Part shown: in pieces, positions 10,445 through 20,000 of the stretch
Layout of the letters: the number at the start of each line of letters is the position of its first letter
Numbering within the stretch: position 1 is the first letter of the stretch
Source: Rotaria socialis
Taxonomy: Eukaryota
Assembly (NCBI GenBank): GCA_905331295.1
Contig: CAJNYD010000017.1
Coordinates: forward strand, 175,198-195,197
Length of the DNA stretch: 20,000 nucleotides
Direction: 5' to 3'
Position numbers and translations under genes: made by a program
Notes under the pieces: model-generated
Seen by the model: the letters and a program-made list of their open reading frames with translations, nothing else
Database searches by the model: none
Told to the model about the DNA's origin: nothing

Positions 10445-13400
10445 ATGTTGAAGATATTTGTGAATAACAATGCTGCTGTTTTATTTCTTGTTGTAATTAC
10501 AACAATCGACGCTTCACGTATACTTTATCTACCGCTTCCGAAAATACGTTCGTCACATCATGAATTAAAACCATCGTCATTAATCCTACGAGGATTAGCA
10601 AAAAAACCAATCACCAATGAATTTATACCATTCTCAGCATTGGAGCGAAATATGTACGAGGAACAAGATGAAAATGATGAAAGTAATATAGAACTCTTTG
10701 ATGTAGTTAAATCATTCTAAATAGGCGATTAGGTAACATTAAGTCTTTATCAAGTAGGTCTAAAAAGAACGAAGTGCTGAACACAATTCCAATTAGAACT
10801 AATTGCTAAAAGCATATTAAATATGAACGTTTTGTTTTATTTACGTCCGGTTGTATTACGCACTGGGTGAATGAGTTTGTAGAAAAAAAAGTTTCTAATA
10901 ATAATCCTATTGGGAGTGCATGATTGAGTAGTAGAAGCAAGTGTGAACAAGTAGCAATAATCATAATTATTTATTATAAATTCTCTTTTATTGTCTTCTA
11001 TTTTATATCTGTAATAATTATTTCTTTAACATACAGAGATATAATTTTCAATATTTATTAGAGTTTGCTTTTTCACTTTCATAGAACGAGATGTTTTGGA
11101 TTGGGAAGAATTGGTGGACGTTGAATTAGCAAAACATCTTCTTTCCGGTAATAGGAGACGAAGTGGCGTCTATTTGTTTTTATTTATTCATTTGCCAATG
11201 CATTTTTATATTTATTTTATAGCAGATAATAATGAATTGGATTATTTACTATCGTTGGATCGGGCAACACGGAAACCGAGTAAATTAACAAGAAATCATG
11301 ATAGTCTAGATTCAGCAAGTGACAATCTTTCTCGACGTGATCAAAAGCAAGACGCCAGTGAACCATGGGCAAGCGATACTTCTATTAGTCGAACAGCACG
11401 TTTACAATTGAATGGTGCTGTAGATAATTTGGAACGAAGAAAACGACGCAATGATGTACTATTTCTCGGTAAGTTATCATTGAATATGAAATAAATAATA
11501 TTTTCAATAACTAAATAAGATAATTGTTGTATTCAGCAGTGTCCAAGGGCTGAGAAATAGGAATTCCTAATGTGCCGAGGAATTGTCCGTGTCGCTGTGA
11601 TAATTCCTAGAGGAAATGGGAATCAACTATCGGTTCCCTCACAGTTACACCATTCACGAAAGTCGCGATATTGCCGTTTTAAAAAGTTATCGTGAATATT
11701 CCATATTTTTACCTTTAGTATGCAAAGAACTGTAGGGGAACTGATGAGAAATTCTTAATCCTCAGTCCTTGGACACCCCTCGAAATCATTTTATGCTATT
11801 CTTAAATAAAATATTCTTTTCATAGTTATTGTTGGTACAAGTAGTTTAGTTGGTATTGTGGGTCTTATCGCAGCCGCTATTTTCTGGTACAAGTAAGTGG
11901 TCATGTTTTGTTAATTATATTCTCTAAAATTTATGTGAGAAGGCTCTATTTTTTGCGAGATATTCGACAAACATGAATTGAAATTACTTTTTTTTTATAG
12001 CTTCTTAAAATACTCTACAGGTCTTCTTTCTATCAGCTTAGTTTCTTTTTTTCTTTACAAGACCATATATAAATACAAGGCATAGTAGACGTATTTTTTT
12101 AAATGATTACTTTGTAAAAGGGACAAGTTCAACGCATTGAAATACTTATCTAAACGTAGGGCTCTCATTATAGAAGAATTCTTGTCGATATTAATGAAAA
12201 GTCTTAATTCTAAATTGAACTTAGTCATACTTCATCTATTCGCACGATTTAAGAAAAATAATGAAAGTCCTTTGCCAAATCTGTTATATACGATCAAAAC
12301 CTGCATAAGATTTGCTTCTATTTCTGTAGGTAGCAAATTTCCTTGTAGATGATCATAGAAAAAGAAATTGTGCAATAAAAGTTCTTGTCGCTAATCATTA
12401 TTTCAATGACGCTGAAGAAAATGAAATTTTTTGAGAGGACAAAAATCAACACTAGAAAAAAAAGTCGATGTCATTATTAGACTAAAAAAGATATACAATG
12501 TTAAGAAAACTTTCCGTGATTTTCTGTTTTCAACAATATTAGGCATAGAATGCAGCAAAAGTACAAAACGAAGTTCTTTATTTAATTCATGTAATTACGG
12601 TCGATTAGGAATATATTACTATGTAATAAATTTTATTCTATTATTACAGCAAAAGATCTGTTCTTTTCTATCTCTCATATTTGACAAGTCATAAATTTCA
12701 ATAAATTTTATTGATATTGTTGGCTTTGCCAACTGTCATGACATGTCTTACCACTATCAATAATGTATTAGATAAAAACGCATAATATTAGCCAGCTAAT
12801 ATATTTAAATAGAGAAAACCAATGGAAAACGCTTCATGATCTTCCATTACATTTGCCAGCAGTTTGAAAATTAAAAATAAAAACACATTCAACATTTTAA
12901 TTAAATTTTTATTATAATAGAAATTTTACACTGGACAGACTGTGCAAAAGAAAGATATTTACCCTAAATTTAAATGTAATATAAGACATCTAAATAACAT
13001 TATTTGTCTTTTGCTGTTTTTAGAATTCACAAAAGAGCCAAAGCAACACTCGATGCTGAATATCCATCATATGGTATAACAGGCCCTACCTCTGGTGGCA
13101 ATAAGATGTCACCAAGTTCAACTATATCTGATCGAAAGCTAGCTCAAAGTGCACAAATGTTTCATTATCAACAACAACGACAACAAATGATGGCCCAAGA
13201 AAAGTAGAAATCTTACTTTATATAGGTTTATTTTATTAATCATTTCTGTTTAATTCTTCTCAGGAATGAATTGGATGCAGAACCTGTTCACTCAGATGAT
13301 TCTGATGATGAAGCACCTGGTGGTGGAGATTATACGGTCTATGAATGCCCTGGCCTTGCTCCCGTAAGTTAATTTTAGATCCAAAATTTAAATGTTATTA

Positions 13401-13622
13401 TTTTAAAACTGAGATGGGATCAATAGTAATCGGATCATTTGTTTTTTTTTGTCTTTGTAGACTGGTGAAATGGAAGTACGTAATCCCCTTTTTGACGAAC
13501 CAGATTCATCGTTAACATCATCTGCATCCGCTTCTCACCCAACAACTAATAACCATTACCCTCAACCTATCGCAACAGCATCATCATCGTCATCACCACC
13601 CCAAGAGAAATCACTATCATAA
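10445..13622 (+). CDS. NPDC1: Neural proliferation differentiation and control protein 1 (NPDC1/CAB-1 family) type I membrane protein; exons 10445-10682, 11085-11147, 11223(or 11226)-11468, 11826-11892, 13024-13203, 13264-13363, 13461-13622; about 351 aa
   Basis: It has a signal-peptide-like N-terminus and a TM helix (VLFLVIVGTSSLVGIVGLIAAAIFWY). The cytoplasmic hallmark motifs are EYPSYGITGP, DRKLAQSAQMFHYQQQRQQM and GDYTVYECPGLAPTGEMEVRNPLF. Six GT-AG introns have compatible phases (1056 nt total). The exon 1 donor (A|gtaata) is the least certain. Confidence 0.9.
11534..11781. mobile_element. Old MITE-like element (about 248 bp, possibly hAT-derived) in NPDC1 intron 3
   Basis: The left end cagcagtgtccaagggctgagaaataggaattcctaat matches the reverse complement of the right end (gaggggtgtccaaggactgaggattaagaatttctcat). 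It is GC-richer than the host intron. The CAG-type start is hAT-like, but no 8-bp target-site duplication is preserved. Confidence 0.7.
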
Positions 13623-13864
13623 GATGACAAATTATATTCAATATCACGTTAATCATTCATTTCGTCTATTGGTTTGGCTCAGTTTATTTTATTTTCCTTT
13701 TTTCTTTTATTTGTCAACCAATTTTTAAGAAAGGTATATGGACGAAAAATAGTCTATAAAAATTTTTATTTTTCATCGAAAAAATTCTTGCAAGAGCAAC
13801 TAATTTTTTTCCTGCTTAAAAATGAAAAAATTAATAAAGTGAAGCATCCATCATATGAAATTCA

Positions 13865-14907
13865 TCAATATTTATTGTTATCGATGGTAGCATCTATATT
13901 ATATTTTGTCCATTGATGAAATAGTTTGGTAATGGCTAATGCTGTTTTTTCACTTAATTGAAAGCTTTTTATTAGAAAACTATAATACTCTTCAGCAGTA
14001 TCATGAATAAGAAAACGACCAAGCAAATCTTGCATCGTACAAATATTAAATGATTTCAATTGTTCGACATCATCAGTATTTAAATCTAAAATGGAGAAAT
14101 CATTCATTCTAGTTGTTGGTATCAATTCTACAGATTTTGTATGTCAACAGAAAATTACTTTTGCAATAACTTAAAGTCTAAATAGGCTATGCACATGATA
14201 AAATACATTATAGTTCTCCAAATATAGAACATATCAAACAACAATAAGATTCAGAATCAGAAATTGGTTTCATCGGAAACAAATTTTCAGGAACATATTT
14301 TCAAATCTCTGTCGTATCTCCGAAGTCAACATAGCCTAGCTCTAAAAAACTTAATCAGCATGATTTGTAGCTGATTTTAGTACTGAATACTATCATTTCT
14401 AAGAAAAAGTTTTGATTATGAAAATGATTAAACATTTCTCTGATAAATTACCACTTTTATCTCATATGACTTGCAAATAGAATTGTTTTTGACTTGCTTA
14501 TAGTGATATAGCATAATTTTGTCTAAAAAAGGAAACACTCTCCATATCTCTATGACATTTTTAACTAAGATAGATAAACATTAGAGGAGAGAAAACGACA
14601 TATGCTTATATTTCCGCAAGAAATAATTATTTCTTGGCTCCGAAAACCTTGATTTTTTACTTAGCAATATTCTATTTAAAGATAAAACAATGTAGGTTGA
14701 TATCTGATGGGAAAAAACAATTTGACTAATTGACTCAGTTGGTGTGAGAGATTCTTTTTTTTATTTTGTTAATATGATTTTCCTATGCAACAATATTAAT
14801 ACTCTACTTGGTAATTGATCAATACTTCGATTGTGCAAATGAGCATAATGAAAATTGTCTTCGGTCAATTTTTGCATTGCTGTAGACTCAATAAAAGAAT
14901 TTCCCAT
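13865..14907 (-). CDS. Divergent barrier-to-autointegration factor (BAF)-like protein; exons 14907-14808, 14127-13865; about 120 aa (alternative in-frame ATG at 14979)
   Basis: The spliced product reads MGNSFIESTAMQKLTEDNFHYAHLHNRSIDQLPKLIPTTRMNDFSILDLNTDDVEQLKSFNICTMQDLLGRFLIHDTAEEYYSFLIKSFQLSEKTALAITKLFHQWTKYNID. LLGRFL...EEYYSFL...W parallels the BAF pattern VLGQFL...EDLFREWL...EW. The intron is phase 1 (A|gtagag...ctgtag|AA). Confidence 0.65.
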
Positions 14908-15114
14908 CGTTTTTTTTCGTTTCTGTAGAATATTATCGATAGAAGCAAATGCATCGCATGTATCACTTAAAGGATTCATGATTAGGATTTTTTTTGTTGA
15001 TTAATACGAATTTCAAATCTATTGTGTAATATGAAATAATACGACGAATATGAAAAAAAATTTGTTCACACACATGCACGCAGAATACGCGCGTTTTTCA
15101 AAGTTAGTTATTTT

Positions 15115-16339
15115 TTAATTATTTGGCTTAGCACAGAAACCAACTGTTTGGGTGTTGCACAAGTTTTCATAGCAGCAGAGATAATGTTTAGAATCGCATT
15201 TAAGACTTTTGTCAATTGTTTCACCAAAGCCGAAACCACCACGTTCAATAGCAACACCTGTCTTTGGATCAAATCTCTATTAAATAAAAATCAGTAGTAA
15301 AATGAAATAGAAATCAATAAATTTTCGTTGTACGTACTGTATAACAATATAGATTGCTGGCACCAAAAGCGCTTGAAGTACGAATATTAAATCCGTCGAG
15401 TTTTTCGGTTTTACAATTTTCAGCACCTTTGCATTCATGGCATGCTTTAACTTCTTGTTTTGGTGTTGATTTCACTATAAACCCAAGAAAAAAAAATTGT
15501 TCTCTAGCCATACAGAAATCATTCGATCAATATTAACCTGCCGGTGGACAAGGTGCTCTCATATGTTTGTTGCAAAAAGCTCCTTTACAACATATGTGAA
15601 AACGATCGCGACATTTGAAATTTTTATCAAATGATTCACCAAAACCATAAGCATCTCGTTTAATAATTTCACCAGCTTCGTTGAATTTCTTTAGAAATAA
15701 AAAAGAAATTCATAGATTCAATCGTCAATAGTTGTTGAAAAAAATAAAAAAACATCTTTCCATTCGGATGCTTTACTCGTAATTTTACATTTATTTCTGA
15801 ATATAATACTGAATAGCAGACTAATAATCAGTAGAGCTGCTGAGGTGTACTAGGTATTATGAATAATCGTAAATTAACAATATGTTTATAACTGATCTAG
15901 CATCATTTCATATTTGATGATTTCGACGTACAACAACAAAAAATATTTACAGAGAACAATCTAATGTTAATCAATATAAACGCTTAGTCATAGTGGTTAA
16001 GATGAATATTAATAATCTCTATTGACAGAATTGAGAATATATTCTTACCGTATAGCATGTTAAAACAGCAGTACCAAATAATTTTGAAGTTCTAGTAGCA
16101 TATTTATCAAGAGAAACGCCATTACATTTTGTTATTTTTTCACCCCAGAATTTCCATCGACTAGATGGATGAAGTTCGTCACATTGATAACAAATCTTGG
16201 CTGAACTGAAGCCCAATTGGACTAAAGCTACTAAAAATTTAATTATAAATTTTATAACGAAACATTTTGTTTTGTATTTGTATTTGTATAGAAACTTACT
16301 GTAGAAAATAATGCTAAGAAAAATAAGTTTAGATGCCAT
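15115..16339 (-). CDS. Secreted protein with two tandem Ly6/uPAR (three-finger-like) domains; exons 16339-16300, 16230-16049, 15688-15538, 15474-15338, 15276-15115; about 223 aa
   Basis: The signal peptide is MASKLIFLSIIFYIALVQLGFSS. Domain 1 reads KICYQC...KC...CYT...KC...CCKGAFCN and domain 2 reads KACHEC...NC...CYT...KC...CCYENLCN. Four GT-AG introns have consistent phases (672 nt). There is no hydrophobic GPI tail. Confidence 0.85.
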
Positions 16340-18316
16340 CTTGTCGTAAACAACGTTATAATACTCTACACTCGAATTATGCACCGACAACAGTAGGAAA
16401 GAAATAGTTGACTAGGATAATATATCATTTCTCTCTTGGCAGTGTTGATATCTGCCTACACGCTCTAGGCAAGTAGGTTCTGGAATTAATTCTGTGCCGA
16501 ATATATCAGATAAACATTCGTCAAGCAATAATCTTTGAGTGGGTGTTCGTTGATTGCCGAGAAGAAGAAAAAAGAAGTACGAGGATAGAAAATACATATT
16601 AGCTTTGGTCGTCTCTCTACGTATCTTATAATAAAATACAGAAAAACTGTTTATGTTATTCTATTTTAATCTTTGCTTTTGCTTTTATCTTCACGCCCCA
16701 TGACAAAACTAACAGAAAAGACAGAGGGAGAGAGAGAAATAAACAAAACAAAACATCGTTAATCATGCTGATTGGAATAATGATTAACGTTTGAAGTGAA
16801 TCAAAACAAAAAAATGAACTTTGCTTTAAAACAAATATGTAGCTATAGCAAATGTGCATAAATTCAACGTTGATAATTTGTCGAGTATTTTTTTAAACTT
16901 AAGAAGTTCATAAAAAAAAAACTTTAGGCTTTTTTCTAATTCATCCATTTTTTCAGCATATGAATATAAATGAAACTCGATATTATCATCAGCAGACATC
17001 TTGACATCAGTACAGTGTGAAAATTTTTATGTTTAAACTATAAAAAAAGGTAAATAATTGTCAAATTTACAATGAAATCATCTCTTTATATTCGAAATAT
17101 TTGTGTGAGCATTGAAACAAGTAAAGAATTTTTCTTATTATATTGAACAACATTTTACGTTGATAATGAACGAGCAATTCAGGTAAAAAACAAAATTCAT
17201 TTTAATAATATATTACTCATTTAGAGTAAGACAACGTTTCATAAACAGCTTAGTTTGCTTTCTATTTAGACGCAAACATGAATAAAGGTCATAGTAAGAA
17301 TTTCGTAATTGAGATCGATTAGAAGAAACTTCAACAAGATATTCTCCAAAGAAGATAAGCTGCTGTCATTCTATAATGACATAGAGTAATTTACTTACTA
17401 TATTTGTATTTTGTTTCCTTGTGAAGGATATATTTATTTATAGACATTGAAAGTAATGCAAGAGAAAAAGAGTTCTGGAAAATAGACAAACCAGATAACT
17501 AGTATTTGTATGCTTTATACAGAATCTTGCCAAATGCAAAGGAAAAGAAAATTAAAAACAAAGTAGCACAATAGCGCAACATTTTGTTTTTGTATTCGAT
17601 GTAAAATTAAATATAAACCATTTGTAAGTCACTAGTCGAATCGTAGTAAAAATCTTCACATTATTCTATTTCGAAATTATAACGAGAATAATATAGAATT
17701 CTTAAATTGAATGACATCTGATGCCTATAATGATATTATTCTCACATGTGAGGGTGTGACAAAACCTACTTCTTCAATTGATCTTCATATACTTAAAAAT
17801 CAGAAGAATCTTTGATGCATTTAAAGCAGAAAAATACTGATATACAAGTTTAGTGCATTATATTAAAACAAAATCTCCATTAGTTGTTTGTTTTGACCGA
17901 ATTGGGCATGTCTGACTAAAACTACGATGAAAATGTTGAGTTGTAAAGAAAATTTCATATCAAATTTTCAATGTGTGATATAGAAAATTCATACATAGGT
18001 GCTGATTGTTGACATCTTCAAATTTCTTTCTAATTCAAAACAAAGAGAAGTATTTATCAAACTATCGTATTGATCATATTCTCAAATTACTTTTTCAATT
18101 CATTGGACGTGAAAAAATATAGCCATATGGAAAAAGCTCTTCTCATATTGTTTTTCTTTCAATAGAATAAACAAGAGCACGATTATAATAGACCGAGGAT
18201 TAAATAGCTATGTTGTCATGCACTTGAACACGTTCGAGATCGTTGAGTACGACGAGTGAAATGTTTTAATATCATATATCATATCCACTTGTTTGCACGG
18301 GTCAAATAATTGAACT

Positions 18317-19752
18317 ATGGCATTTTCTAGTTCATTTATTCATTTGTTCATTCAACAGAAGATTCTCAATTCAATGGCAATATTGTGTCTGATCATCTTT
18401 ATCTATGTATTTACGACGTTTACACCACAGAGTGCATTATCTGATAGTACTACGGTTCGAATTTATGATTCATTTGCAGAGATTTGTAAACCATACAATG
18501 GACCGTTACGTTTTCGACAGGTCGACTGGGATAATATTAAACATGAAAGTATAGTTCTACAATCGGCATCGGATACTAACAATACTATTCTATTTGTCGA
18601 ACGTCGAATTGTTCGTATTAATTCCAATATGATAGGTTAGTTAGAATAGGAAATTTTCAGTATTTTCTTCTTATGAATGATTATTATTATGTATTTTCAG
18701 GTAAAAATGTCTTTGTACGAAAATATGCTGAACAGCAAAATTCTACTGTCTGTCAATTGATTAAAGACAATGGTGAATATTCAGTTGTACGTGAAATTGA
18801 AACAGGCCGTTATATGCGTGTGCAATCTGATTTAATTGAATATTCTCATGAACCTCAATCAAGTTCAATCTATGAAGTTTCGTTTCATCCATTTCCATCG
18901 GCAATTCCTCTTACGGTTACTTATGTTGTTAATAGTCTTCGATGGACTACGCGTTATATATTACGAACATTTGCCGATGGTCGAAATCACTTTCAAATTT
19001 TAGCCGATATTATCAATTCGAGTCCATTTAATTATCATTTCAATGTAACTCATTTGATGGCAGGTGAAATAAGTCTTGCATTTGGTAGTAGTAAAAGCTC
19101 TTCATTAGTTGCTACAACTATTTCATCGAAAAACAATATGGATTATAGTGGTATTCATTTGTTTTCCCTAATTAATAAATCGTTAACCATTGAACCCAAT
19201 TCAATTCTTACTTTACCTATTATTTTACCACAAATTCAGATAAAAATCTCTTATACCCATACGCTTATTATGACTATTCCATCAATAATATCAAATAGTG
19301 ATACGACAATTCTGTCTGGTAAACATAAATTTCAACGCCTATATCAAATATCAAATAGTTCTTCATTTCTGCCAACTGGCCATCTTCTCCTTTATGATTC
19401 ATCAGTAAATGTACTTACGGGTGAATGTAATTTACCGACATTGGCTGAATCAGAAAAATATGAATTTGAATTAGGACAAGATTCGGATATTATGTTGGTA
19501 TATAATCGTACATTGACAACGAATCGAGCAACAAATTCAACATTAGTAACAACCAATGTTTTAGTACAAAATTATAAACAACGAAAAGTTAATATTCGCT
19601 TGAAGTCTATTTGCCAATTATCAATGACATGTGTATTCTATGATAATAAAGGACGAACACTTGGATCACGTCTACGCTATGAACTTGTACTTCAAGCTAA
19701 ATCTGAAGTAGGATTTACATTCTCTACCATCAGAATGGCTCAACAAAACTAG
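18317..19752 (+). CDS. Secreted DUF4139-like beta-rich protein; exons 18317(or 18374)-18635, 18701-19752; about 437-456 aa
   Basis: The signal peptide MAILCLIIFIYVFTTFTPQSALS starts at ATG 18374, followed by VRIYDSFAEI. DUF4139-type motifs are LTVTYVVNSLRWTTRYIL, ADIINSS...HLMAGEI, FLPTGHLLLYD and FELGQDSDI. One 65-nt phase-1 intron (G|gttagt...ttttcag|GT) joins the two ORFs. The gene model is firm; the family call comes from recalled motifs. Confidence 0.75.
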
Positions 19753-20000
19753 AAACAAAACATTCCCAAAAATACTATTCAAATAACTCATTAAGAAAAT
19801 TGATTGTTTTGTTTTTTTTTCTGCATATTATATGTTTTTATTAGCTGAAAATAAAAAGAAAAACAGATGCAAAATATCTCAACAAAAAATATCTATACAA
19901 AAAAGAAAAAATACACTCGTACAGAGCGCGATGAAAAGAAAAAGGTCGTAAGAGTACGTGCACAATATTAAAAAAGGTGCTGCGCAGAAAAATCGTGTCC

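Noticed and set aside
12137..12694. Two TTG-start ORFs in NPDC1 intron 4
   Set aside because: They are intronic and AT-rich, with no motifs and no phase-compatible splice sites that I could support.
16958..17505. Possible exon remnants (for example tag|ACATTGAAAG..., DIESNAREKEFWKIDKPDN)
   Set aside because: Splice-like signals exist, but the frames are short and full of stops, and I could not assemble a gene.
1..20000. CRISPR arrays, tRNA/rRNA/snRNA genes, autonomous transposase or reverse transcriptase
   Set aside because: I saw no regularly spaced repeats, recognisable structured RNA or TE protein motifs by eye. A covariance-model search would be needed to exclude small RNAs.

Overview
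AT-rich, compact eukaryotic (animal) genomic DNA with short GT-AG introns. The gene mix (an expanded-type F-box/LRR gene, metazoan NPDC1 and Ly6 genes, and bacterial-type genes among them) suggests a bdelloid rotifer; this is inference, not proven. I reconstructed seven spliced or intronless genes by hand. They are an F-box/LRR-like gene (-, 3 exons), RNPC3/U11-U12-65K (+, 3 exons), an intronless MerT-like transporter fused to an HMA domain only 136 nt downstream of RNPC3, NPDC1/CAB-1 (+, 7 exons), a divergent BAF-like gene (-, 2 exons), a secreted protein with two Ly6/uPAR three-finger domains (-, 5 exons), and a secreted DUF4139-like protein (+, 2 exons). There are also two MITE-like elements, an inverted duplication of a decayed exon, and pseudogene remnants. 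The most interesting signals are the MerT-HMA fusion in an animal genome and its operon-like coupling to RNPC3, U11-site-like motifs upstream of RNPC3, the non-canonical cysteine pattern of the double three-finger protein, and the DUF4139 horizontal-transfer candidate. All family calls come from motif recognition, not database searches.
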